A DNA stretch of 40,141 nt, from positions 1 through 40,141 of the forward strand of contig OMQP01000001.1 of the NCBI GenBank assembly GCA_900313285.1, read 5' to 3'. The notes beneath the pieces are model-generated. The model was not told the origin of the DNA and made no database searches. It worked only from the letters and a program-made list of their open reading frames with translations. Shown piece by piece: positions 17,471 through 25,575 of this stretch. The position numbers were made by a program, and so were the translations under genes. The DNA is from an uncultured Pseudomonadota bacterium. Lineage in GTDB: Bacteria; Pseudomonadota; Alphaproteobacteria; Rs-D84. How positions within the stretch are numbered: position 1 is the stretch's first letter; each line of letters begins with the position of its first letter.

Positions 17471-17479
17471 TGATATAAT
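17471..17479 (+). promoter_or_regulatory. extended -10 element TGaTATAAT upstream of the LysM/M23 gene
   Basis: Sequence tttaTGATATAATtc. Confidence 0.35.
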
Positions 17480-17492
17480 TCAAAACGTGAGA

Positions 17493-18926
17493 ATGTATAA
17501 AATAAACTTCTTGAAAGTGTCTGTTTTGTCTGCACTTGTTCTTTGTGCGTGTGATTTGCAACCTAAAATAGCATCCATTCCGGATAATATAGGTATATTT
17601 ATTGAAGACAGGTATCCTGCATTATTAGCTGATCCGCAAACACAACCAGAGATATATAATTCTGCGGTAACTGATTATGGTGTGTATGCGTCCCCTGAAT
17701 TGTATGGCTCTGCAAGAATGGAAGATTATGTTTTATATGCCAGTGTTGATGATTATGTTTTAGTTCCAGAAACAAAGGAAGTTGAAATAGCAAAAGAACA
17801 GGTAGAAGAGCAAACAGAACAAGAAATCAAAGAAGATTATTTGATTGTTCCTGTATATGGTGGCAATACAGTTTTGGATGAACAACCAGATGCTAAAACC
17901 GAAATAAAAGACACAGATACAATAATTGTCGTCAAAGGCGATACTCTTTATTCTTTGGCGCGTAAAAATAATATGAGCTTTACAGAATTAGCAAATATAA
18001 ATAATTTAAAGGAACCGTATACTTTATCTGTTGGACAAAAATTAACAACGCGTAAACCAACAAACAAATTAAATGTTCCAAACGTTATATCTGAAGAAAA
18101 GGTTCAACAAATCAAAGCAGAAAAAACTGAAAAAGTTATTGTTAAAGAGGCTGTGAAACCTAATAATACTAAACGTGTCGATTTACAAGAAATCATTGTT
18201 GCAAAAGGGGATACTTTATATTCATTATCACGTAAATATGAAATACCTGTTAATGATTTAGCGGTCATGAATAAAATATCGGCACCGTTTACTTTATCTG
18301 TTGGACAAAAAATAAAGGTCCCAAAATTAAGCAACGTTCAAACACGGTCAGCCACAGAAGTGAAAACAGTTATGCCTGTGGCAAAAACTACACCGAAGAT
18401 AACGCCAGCAAAGAATACAACACAAAAACAACAAACAGCTAAGAAACAGCCGGATACAAAAGTTGCAGATAATGCAAATAAAATGAATAAATCGGAAAAA
18501 ATATCATCAAATCCGAAACAGCAATTACCAAAAATATCTGCACGTTCTGCATCAAAGTTTTCATGGCCATTACGTGGGACAATTTTGTCTGCATATGGAC
18601 CAAAGAAGGCTGGCCTTGTTAATGATGGCATAAATATATCTGCCGCTTTGGGAGCACCAGTTAAAGCTGCTGAAAATGGTGTTGTTGCATATGCTGGAAA
18701 TGAAGTAAAAGGTATGGGAAATTTAATAATCATTCAACACAGTGATGGATGGATGACCGTATATGCACATCTTGATTCAATGTCTGTTAAACGTGGCAAT
18801 AAGGTTAATGTTGGGCAGCCGATAGGGAAGGTTGGAAAAACAGGTAAAGTTGATAGACCGCAATTACATTTTGAAATTCGCAAGGGAACTAAAGCATATA
18901 ACCCAACACAGTATCTAAAGAAATAA
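17493..18926 (+). CDS. LysM-LysM-M23 murein hydrolase activator/peptidase lipoprotein (NlpD-like)
   Basis: Start reassigned to ATG 17493 (MYKINFLKVSVLSALVLCAC lipobox). Two LysM repeats (GDTLYSLARKN.., GDTLYSLSRKY..). The C-terminal M23 domain is GINISA..G..V.AAENGVVAYAG..GNLIIIQH..HFEIRKG. Confidence 0.85.
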   Translation: MYKINFLKVSVLSALVLCACDLQPKIASIPDNIGIFIEDRYPALLADPQTQPEIYNSAVTDYGVYASPELYGSARMEDYVLYASVDDYVLVPETKEVEIAKEQVEEQTEQEIKEDYLIVPVYGGNTVLDEQPDAKTEIKDTDTIIVVKGDTLYSLARKNNMSFTELANINNLKEPYTLSVGQKLTTRKPTNKLNVPNVISEEKVQQIKAEKTEKVIVKEAVKPNNTKRVDLQEIIVAKGDTLYSLSRKYEIPVNDLAVMNKISAPFTLSVGQKIKVPKLSNVQTRSATEVKTVMPVAKTTPKITPAKNTTQKQQTAKKQPDTKVADNANKMNKSEKISSNPKQQLPKISARSASKFSWPLRGTILSAYGPKKAGLVNDGINISAALGAPVKAAENGVVAYAGNEVKGMGNLIIIQHSDGWMTVYAHLDSMSVKRGNKVNVGQPIGKVGKTGKVDRPQLHFEIRKGTKAYNPTQYLKK

Positions 18927-18956
18927 ACCAGGCATCAATTATAACGCCTGGTTTTA
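18926..18956. terminator. hairpin terminator between convergent genes
   Basis: AACCAGGC-N12-GCCTGGTTtt. Confidence 0.5.
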
Positions 18957-18966
18957 TCATCGTGTT

Positions 18967-19518
18967 TTATTGGTTTAATAACGTACCCCATGCAGCTTTA
19001 TATCCACCATCTCTGGTCAGAAATAATTTAGCATTGTTTAATTGGGTGGCAGTTAAACCACGAATAATATAAGATTCTTGCAGACGGCCTGAGGCTTTTG
19101 TTTGTATTTGTGGTAAATCAATAGCCATAGCTTCTGTGTCACAACAAACACTGTTATTGCATGCCTCACATTGATAAATTTGTGCAGTATATACTTTGCC
19201 AGGTCTTAAATCTATTAAATCTACTACCATGTTTAACCCATTATCGGTTTCTTTGAATTGAATGATGCCCATTTCAGATTGCCCTCCACGTGATGAACGT
19301 GTGTATATATTGGCTTTGACATTATGTATGTCGGATGTGTCATATGTTTGTTGGAATACGATGGGTTTATCTTGTTTTTTATGTTTATATTTTTCATGAG
19401 TTTTATATCTTTGTTCATGGTGTTGATGATGGACACCTGTTGGACAAGTTGTGCAGCCAGCCGTCAAAAGTGCAATGCCACACAAAGCTGGGATTAAAAA
19501 TAAATTTGTTTTATTCAT
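18967..19518 (-). CDS. SodC-like (Cu,Zn-SOD fold) lipoprotein lacking the metal-ligand histidines
   Basis: Lipobox LLTAGC. His-rich stretch GVHHQHHEQRYKTHEKYKHKK. MGIIQFKETDNGLNMVVDLIDLRPGKVYTAQIY aligns by eye with SodC G.V.ITETD.GL.F..DL..LPPG.HGFHIH. Confidence 0.5.
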   Translation of the reverse strand: MNKTNLFLIPALCGIALLTAGCTTCPTGVHHQHHEQRYKTHEKYKHKKQDKPIVFQQTYDTSDIHNVKANIYTRSSRGGQSEMGIIQFKETDNGLNMVVDLIDLRPGKVYTAQIYQCEACNNSVCCDTEAMAIDLPQIQTKASGRLQESYIIRGLTATQLNNAKLFLTRDGGYKAAWGTLLNQ

Positions 19519-19644
19519 ATTTTTTCTCCTTTGGTTCGTTGTAGTTACGTATCTTAGTCTATCTTAATTAACATTAAATAGCTTTCGGTTTGAATACCTA
19601 AATCACACGGAAATATACGTATTGCATGATTTACCGATAAAAAC

Positions 19645-19673
19645 TTGCATTTAGCAAAAAAAGCATATACAAT
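19645..19673 (+). promoter_or_regulatory. promoter-like site TTGCAT-17-TACAAT upstream of tRNA-Lys
   Basis: -35 at 19645-19650 and -10 at 19668-19673, about 10 nt before the tRNA 5' end. Confidence 0.45.
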
Positions 19674-19683
19674 TCATGGCACT

Positions 19684-19759
19684 GGATGCATAGCTCAGTT
19701 GGTAGAGCAACTGACTCTTAATCAGTGGGTCCAGGGTTCGAGTCCCTGTGCGTCCACCA
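19684..19759 (+). tRNA. tRNA-Lys (anticodon CTT), CCA encoded
   Basis: Manual cloverleaf: GGATGCA/TGCGTCC acceptor stem, GCTC-AGTTGGTA-GAGC D arm, ACTGA-CTCTTAA-TCAGT anticodon arm, CAGGG-TTCGAGT-CCCTG T arm. 76 nt. Confidence 0.9.
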
Positions 19760-19763
19760 AGAT

Positions 19764-19798
19764 AAAAAAGACCACACAAGTGGTCTTTTTGTTTTTTT
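19764..19798 (+). terminator. rho-independent terminator after tRNA-Lys
   Basis: aaAAAGACCACacaaGTGGTCTTTttgttttttt. Confidence 0.7.
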
Positions 19799-19842
19799 GG
19801 ATGATGTTTGCAAAATCTTATTTTTATGTTTTAATTATATTC

Positions 19843-20520
19843 ATGAAAATAATAGATGCACATTCTCATATAGATTATATAACTCATGATATTCAACCTG
19901 GGGTAGTTGGAACAATTTGTTGTACAACAGATGAAACACAATGGTTAGATTTAATAAATATGATGAATGTTGACAATCGTATATACGGATGTTTTGGAAT
20001 ACATCCATGGTTTGTGCAAAATATCAAAGATGGTTTTGAAGACAGATTATACGATTTATTAAAAAATAACGAATCGTTCTTTGTCGGTGAAATAGGTCTT
20101 GATAAATATAAACCAGATATTGATATTCAGATAGATGTTTTCAAGAAACAATTTGACGTTGCAGTTAAATTACACAGAACTGTATTTTTGCATTGTGTTG
20201 GCGCATGGGAAAAAATATTTTTTATATTAAAACAATATAAAAAATCAGAATTACCTGTATTGGTTATACATGATTTTCATGGAAGTGATGAAATTTTAAC
20301 GAATTTATTAGATAATTATAAGGTTATGTTTTCTTTTAATAAAATTGACAAACCCCAGTATATTCGCCGTATAGAGCTTGAAAATATTTTGGTCGAAACG
20401 GATGGTAAGGCGGATGTTATATTAGAAAATATAATCACAGATATTTCAGATATAAAAAATAATACATATGTTGCTGATATAATATATAATAATACACAAG
20501 GACTTTTAAAACATGAATAG
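19843..20520 (+). CDS. TatD-family metal-dependent hydrolase/DNase
   Basis: Start reassigned to ATG 19843, because the track ORF runs through the tRNA. Motifs IDAHSH, GEIGLD, LHCV and LVETDG. Confidence 0.7.
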   Translation: MKIIDAHSHIDYITHDIQPGVVGTICCTTDETQWLDLINMMNVDNRIYGCFGIHPWFVQNIKDGFEDRLYDLLKNNESFFVGEIGLDKYKPDIDIQIDVFKKQFDVAVKLHRTVFLHCVGAWEKIFFILKQYKKSELPVLVIHDFHGSDEILTNLLDNYKVMFSFNKIDKPQYIRRIELENILVETDGKADVILENIITDISDIKNNTYVADIIYNNTQGLLKHE

Positions 20521-21187
20521 ATTAAATCGTATTACTTTATTATTCGGTGCTGAAGCAATCAAAAAATTGCAACAATCAAAGGTAATGGTTGTTGGTTGTG
20601 GCGCAGTTGGTTCTTTTGCAATTGAAGCATTGGCGCGAAGCGGTATAGGGCATATTATTATAATGGATTTTGATAAAGTAGAAGAATCAAATATAAATCG
20701 TCAACTGTTTGCGTTAGATTCTTCGCTGGGCAAGCAAAAGGTTGAAATTGCAAAATCAAGAATACACGATATAAATCCAAATATCAAAGTTGATGCTATA
20801 AATGCTTTTTTTGATGATGATATTGTTTTAGATATAAAACCAGATTGGGTAATAGATGCCATAGATACGGTACCGTCAAAAATAGCATTGTATAAATGGT
20901 GTTTTAAAAATAATGTACCATTCATATCAAGTATGGGCGCTGCACGTAAGACAGACATAACAAAAATTAAAATTGCAAAAATATCAAAAACTGCAATGTG
21001 TCCATTAGCATCAAAAATACGTCATATAGTTCGTGATTTAAAAATGAAAGATTTTCCAGTTGTTTATTCCGAAGAACATGCTATGCCACAACAAAATGGT
21101 GGGCGTGAATTTGGTTCTGTGATAACTGTAACGGGTTCGTTTGGTTTAATATTGGCGGATTATGTTATTAAAAAATTAATTTCATAA
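20513..21187 (+). CDS. ThiF/MoeB/HesA-family protein, TcdA/CsdL-like tRNA t6A dehydratase
   Basis: Rossmann motif VMVVGCGAVGSFAIEALARSGIG..DFD.VEESNINRQ. Short (224 aa) single-domain form. Confidence 0.65.
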   Translation: MNRLNRITLLFGAEAIKKLQQSKVMVVGCGAVGSFAIEALARSGIGHIIIMDFDKVEESNINRQLFALDSSLGKQKVEIAKSRIHDINPNIKVDAINAFFDDDIVLDIKPDWVIDAIDTVPSKIALYKWCFKNNVPFISSMGAARKTDITKIKIAKISKTAMCPLASKIRHIVRDLKMKDFPVVYSEEHAMPQQNGGREFGSVITVTGSFGLILADYVIKKLIS

Positions 21188-21316
21188 AATTCTGTATACG
21201 TTGCAAATACTGGCTTTTAAGACATGTGTCCTATGTATACATGCCTATATAAATATTATATATCATTTGATAAAATACAAAGTGTTGAGATTAATCAGCA
21301 ACAAAAGGAGAAACTT

Positions 21317-21931
21317 ATGAAAAAACTTATTGCCGGTTCAATGGCAGTATTATTATCCGTACCAGCTTTTGCAGGTGGACGAACCTATGAACAACAAACA
21401 ACTAATTTTCTTGGTTGGGACATTTTACCATATGTAGCAGTGCGTGCCGGTGCAACATATGGCAATTTGAATTATAACTTTAATGATACTAAAGAAAGCA
21501 TAACTCAAAATTTATACCAAGCTCGTGCAGCACTTGGGTTGACCATGTATGATACAGCACGTTTTGAAATCGAAGGTTCTTTCTTTACAAAAGGAAAAGC
21601 CAACAAGGGCTTTGGCACAATAGACGATGTTGAAGTTACTTCTAAAAACATTGAATTGATGGCTAATGCCTATATGGATTTGGGACATTTTCATTATATT
21701 CAACCATTTGCAGGACTTGGTGCTGGTCTTGCCTTTATAAATACAGAAGCTAGTTCAGCGGTTTATTCAGAAAGCAAAGACAATACCAGATTTTCAGCAA
21801 TGGCTACATTGGGACTGGAAATGCCATTTGGCTGCTATTCTGTTGATGTGGCTGCACGTTATAACTATATCGATGTTCAATCTGGAATGCATGATTTCAG
21901 TGCCGATATCGGTATTCGTTATATGTTTTAA
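21317..21931 (+). CDS. small beta-barrel outer-membrane protein (OmpA-like/Opa-like barrel family)
   Basis: Start at ATG 21317 with SD aaggag. Signal peptide ..SVPAFA. Alternating-residue strands. C-terminal aromatic end GIRYMF. Confidence 0.65.
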   Translation: MKKLIAGSMAVLLSVPAFAGGRTYEQQTTNFLGWDILPYVAVRAGATYGNLNYNFNDTKESITQNLYQARAALGLTMYDTARFEIEGSFFTKGKANKGFGTIDDVEVTSKNIELMANAYMDLGHFHYIQPFAGLGAGLAFINTEASSAVYSESKDNTRFSAMATLGLEMPFGCYSVDVAARYNYIDVQSGMHDFSADIGIRYMF

Positions 21932-21951
21932 ACTTTCCTCGTTTCGCTTTG

Positions 21952-21979
21952 AAATCCCGTTTTTATACGGGATTTTTTT
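21952..21979 (+). terminator. rho-independent terminator after the OMP gene
   Basis: AAATCCCGTttttatACGGGATTTtttt. Confidence 0.75.
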
Positions 21980-22021
21980 GTGTTGTGTTTGAAAAATGCT
22001 ATGTGCTAGCATAAACATGAT

Positions 22022-23572
22022 ATGAAAAAATACCTGTTCATCTTTGTGCTTATATTTATAAATGCATCTGTTAATGCCGATATATTTTACAGCGGTGGGG
22101 ATTATCTTATTCCTAAGTTTTCTGGTGAAGAAAATATAGTTCAAAATGGTGCAACTGTTTCATCAAGTATTGGTCAAGATATTACAATTGATACAGACAT
22201 GTCTTTATATAATGATGGCACAATAGATGGGCGTATAGATACACATAATCACAATATAACAATATATAATACAGGAAGTATAACTGGTGGAATAACAACA
22301 GAAAATGGTGGCAGTGTTCGTCAAATGATTAATTCACAAGCCGAAATAAACACCATAAATGTTGTTGGTGGAAATCACATCATACAAATAGAGAATTTTC
22401 AAAATATTCAATTTGCAGATATAAAAGATTTAAATGCGACATCTTTCAGTTTGACGAATTCGTCCGTGGTTATAGATGACTTTGCACTGTGGCAAACATG
22501 GGGACAAAATGTTAATATAGAAGGCCATGTAAATTTGATTATAAATAACAAAAATACCATCGTTGATGGTGATGTCGTGCATAATATTGTTTCTGGTTGG
22601 GAAAATTTAATCGTTAATGTAACAGATCTTGACAGTATGTATGTTGTTGAACTTAAGCAATATGGATCTGATTTAACTTTGCACCTTGTTAGAGAACAGA
22701 ATAATGATTGGGCTTTAAACGGTAGCGATGGTCCATTGGAAATAATAAGGCAAAACAATCCAAATGATAAAATGGTTCTTGCGTTGGATTCAGCACGTAA
22801 TAAAGCCGATGTAAATAATATTAAAAATAATTCATACCGTTTTAATCATAGTATTTTAATGCACCCAATCAGAGTGCTAAATGATATTGCTTTGTTCAAT
22901 GTCTTGCACCATGAAAAAGAACTTGGAATCGGATTAAATACTTTTTATGTCACTTCTGATACAACAGGGGATTTTGGTGGTCGTATTTATATTGGCAATA
23001 AATTTGACGATTTATATTTGAACATGGGTTTCAGTTTTAATAGTTTTTCATATGAAGATAATTTAAATGATTTTTCTGGTGTTTCTTATGGGTTGGATAT
23101 ACGTGCGAAACAGAATTTTGATAAATTATGGTTGGATGGAACAATTGGAATAAATATATCAAAATTTGATGCCGATTATATAACAAACGATAATACAATA
23201 AAACAAGACCCAATAGGGTATTCTGAGTATGGAAAGATAGATATTGGACATGATTTTGATATTTTGTCAGATTTAACTGTTTCGCCGTTTGCTGGAATCG
23301 TGTTTCAACAATATAATATTACAGATGTTTCAGATTTTGATTTTCACGTACGAAGTGGGGCAGATTTAAAATATGTATCTTTGATGGACGGCATAAAATA
23401 TGAATATTCTCTAACTGGTGCATTAAGTGAAAATGGTGATTTGTTTTCAGCATTGAAAATTGGTTTTTGGTCTGTTATAGACGGGGTGGGGGCTTCTTTC
23501 AATGCTGGGTTATTCAAAAATGATATAGATTGGCACTACAGGTTTTCCATAGACGCTAAATTTGCGTTTTGA
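22022..23572 (+). CDS. autotransporter-like outer-membrane protein (short passenger plus C-terminal beta-barrel)
   Basis: Signal peptide ..NASVNA. The N-terminal half is Asn/Gly/Ile-rich and repeat-like. The C-terminal ~270 aa show an alternating strand pattern and end ..RFSIDAKFAF. Confidence 0.55.
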   Translation: MKKYLFIFVLIFINASVNADIFYSGGDYLIPKFSGEENIVQNGATVSSSIGQDITIDTDMSLYNDGTIDGRIDTHNHNITIYNTGSITGGITTENGGSVRQMINSQAEINTINVVGGNHIIQIENFQNIQFADIKDLNATSFSLTNSSVVIDDFALWQTWGQNVNIEGHVNLIINNKNTIVDGDVVHNIVSGWENLIVNVTDLDSMYVVELKQYGSDLTLHLVREQNNDWALNGSDGPLEIIRQNNPNDKMVLALDSARNKADVNNIKNNSYRFNHSILMHPIRVLNDIALFNVLHHEKELGIGLNTFYVTSDTTGDFGGRIYIGNKFDDLYLNMGFSFNSFSYEDNLNDFSGVSYGLDIRAKQNFDKLWLDGTIGINISKFDADYITNDNTIKQDPIGYSEYGKIDIGHDFDILSDLTVSPFAGIVFQQYNITDVSDFDFHVRSGADLKYVSLMDGIKYEYSLTGALSENGDLFSALKIGFWSVIDGVGASFNAGLFKNDIDWHYRFSIDAKFAF

Positions 23573-23573
23573 T

Positions 23574-24875
23574 TTATTTGATTATTTCACCACGCAAACA
23601 AGATTTGTTAGCATCTGTGATTTTTATTTTTTGCAAAGGTGCAATGTCTTCGTTTGGTTTATCAACGATGCATTGTTGCATATATGGTGTACGGAACACA
23701 AGATGGCGACCGGTCTTGTCAACGCTTTCATATAAACAAATCATTTCTTTACCAATGCAAGACATATTGAATTCGCGTTGATTTTCATTTAATTGTAAAT
23801 CGAGTCTTTGCAGGCGAACCGATTTTATTTGTTCGCTGATTTGGTTCGACATTAGTGCTGCTGCTGTATGTGGACGTGGTGAATATTTAAACGAATATGA
23901 ATTTATATATTTGATTTCTCGTGCAATATTTAATGTTTGTTCAAAATCTTCATCGCTTTCATCTGGAAAACCGACAATAAAATCAGATGATATTTGAATG
24001 TCATTACGAACAGATTTTAATTTTTTCACAATAGTTTTATAGGCGTCTATATCATCGGGTCTGTTCATTTTTTTCAAAATACGTGGAGATCCACTTTGGA
24101 TAGGCATATTTAAAAATGGTAATAATTTTGGTTCGGTTCCAAATATTTCAATTAAATCATCTGACATTTCTGTTGGATAACTTGACGTGAAACGTATACG
24201 GCTGATTTCGGGCAGTTTAGCAGTTTCGCGAATTAAATCAGACAGTTTATATAATTTGCCATTTTCATCTGTGTATCTGTATCCATTAACATTTTGCCCA
24301 AGGAAACATATTTCTATCGCACCGGTTTTTGAAGCGTTAATAACATCATTTATAACATCATTAAATGGGCGGGATAATTCACGTCCACGTGTATATGGAA
24401 CAATGCAATATGTACAACAATGATTGCATCCTTCTTGAACTGGAATATATGCAACCAATGGTGTTTTTGTCATTTGTGGTAATTCGTCGAATTTTTCCAA
24501 ACCACCCAAATCAATATTTAATAATTTTGTATCTGGATTTTTTATGATTTCTGGTAATTTATGATAACTTTGTGGACCCAAAACAAAATTCAATTCCGGG
24601 ATTCTGCGAAACGCGTCTGCGCCAGATTCACGTGCAACGCAACCAACAATGCCGAGCAGGGCAGATTCTTTTTTTGCGCGTCTTATTCTGCCCAATGCAG
24701 AATAAACTTTATCAGTTGCCTTGGCACGAACAGAACAGGTATTTAATATAATTAAATCAGCATCACTAACGTTTTCTGTTTGTGTAAAGCCGTGTTTTTC
24801 CAGCATGGCGGCAATTCTTTGTCCGTCATAAACGTTCATTTGGCAACCAAAAGTTTGTATAAAGAATTTCTGCAT
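23574..24875 (-). CDS. miaB: tRNA-i6A37 methylthiotransferase MiaB
   Basis: N-terminus FIQTFGCQMNVYD. Radical-SAM motif EGCNHCCTYCIVPYTRG. C-terminal TRAM domain. Confidence 0.9.
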   Translation of the reverse strand: MQKFFIQTFGCQMNVYDGQRIAAMLEKHGFTQTENVSDADLIILNTCSVRAKATDKVYSALGRIRRAKKESALLGIVGCVARESGADAFRRIPELNFVLGPQSYHKLPEIIKNPDTKLLNIDLGGLEKFDELPQMTKTPLVAYIPVQEGCNHCCTYCIVPYTRGRELSRPFNDVINDVINASKTGAIEICFLGQNVNGYRYTDENGKLYKLSDLIRETAKLPEISRIRFTSSYPTEMSDDLIEIFGTEPKLLPFLNMPIQSGSPRILKKMNRPDDIDAYKTIVKKLKSVRNDIQISSDFIVGFPDESDEDFEQTLNIAREIKYINSYSFKYSPRPHTAAALMSNQISEQIKSVRLQRLDLQLNENQREFNMSCIGKEMICLYESVDKTGRHLVFRTPYMQQCIVDKPNEDIAPLQKIKITDANKSCLRGEIIK

Positions 24876-24878
24876 TTT

Positions 24879-25208
24879 TTATTTGCTTTTATATCTGTTA
24901 AATATTGTTTGTTTGTTAAATAGTTTTATTTTATTAAAACGCTTTATATCAATGTTTTTTGGAACATAGTGTTTAATTTTTTTTGTCGGTATTATTGGCT
25001 CTTCTATTGGATGGACAACAATTTCACAAGGTTTTATTTGCTCAAAAACTTTTCTTGCCGCTTCTTCCAAATTTTCTTTTTGTATTACAAGATTTGCACA
25101 ATTTATATCGGATGTTAGCTCTATGTGATTTAAGGATAAAACATGCATTATTTTATTCCGTATCATATAATCTATGTCTGGTGAAATAAAAACGATAATA
25201 TTCTGCAT
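24879..25208 (-). CDS. hypothetical protein (109 aa, basic C-terminal tail)
   Basis: The ORF has a 3-nt gap to miaB and a 3-nt gap to the upstream small ORF. No family recognised. Confidence 0.5.
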   Translation of the reverse strand: MQNIIVFISPDIDYMIRNKIMHVLSLNHIELTSDINCANLVIQKENLEEAARKVFEQIKPCEIVVHPIEEPIIPTKKIKHYVPKNIDIKRFNKIKLFNKQTIFNRYKSK

Positions 25209-25211
25209 TTC

Positions 25212-25379
25212 TTATTTTTGTCTTGTATTTGTTTTGTGTTGTCTTTGTTTTGTTTGAGCGATTGCCTTGTTATAAGCTTTTACGTGTTTTTGTTTCAAAA
25301 TTTTTTCATCATGTATTTCAACAGTGCCATATACAACACCAGTTACATGATTATCTTCGACAATAGTTATTATTTGCAT
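25212..25379 (-). CDS. hypothetical small protein (55 aa), not in ORF track
   Basis: Hand translation gives MQIITIVEDNHVTGVVYGTVEIHDEKILKQKHVKAYNKAIAQTKQRQHKTNTRQK. SD aagga lies 7 nt upstream and overlaps the stop of the preceding ORF. Confidence 0.45.
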   Translation of the reverse strand: MQIITIVEDNHVTGVVYGTVEIHDEKILKQKHVKAYNKAIAQTKQRQHKTNTRQK

Positions 25380-25389
25380 TTGTTTATCC

Positions 25390-25572
25390 TTATTTATGTT
25401 TTGTTCTAACTGTTTTTCTTATTTGTTGATATTGTCTGGCGCGTGCCTTGGTATAATTATCGTGCAAAGATTTATATTGTTTATTCTTCGCTGAATTATC
25501 AATCTTTGCGAGCGCAGAAAAACGCATCATTTCACGATTTATTAACATAAGGGCATGAACCATATCTTTCAT
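25390..25572 (-). CDS. hypothetical small protein (60 aa, basic C-terminal tail)
   Basis: The ATG is 3 nt after the gatB stop. SD ggga lies inside the gatB 3' end. Confidence 0.45.
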   Translation of the reverse strand: MKDMVHALMLINREMMRFSALAKIDNSAKNKQYKSLHDNYTKARARQYQQIRKTVRTKHK

Positions 25573-25575
25573 ATA

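Noticed and set aside
17364-17492. Upstream extension of the LysM/M23 ORF overlapping tatC
   Set aside because: The extension is Cys/Phe-rich nonsense that overlaps the tatC 3' end. ATG 17493 gives a proper lipoprotein signal and follows a TGaTATAAT element.
19645-19842. N-terminal extension of the TatD-like ORF in the track (MHLAKKAYTIHGTGCIAQLVEQ...)
   Set aside because: This part of the ORF is simply the translation of tRNA-Lys and its terminator. The real start is ATG 19843 (MKIIDAHSH).
23569-23781. 70-aa plus-strand ORF after the autotransporter
   Set aside because: It lies entirely antisense to the miaB 3' end and has no SD.
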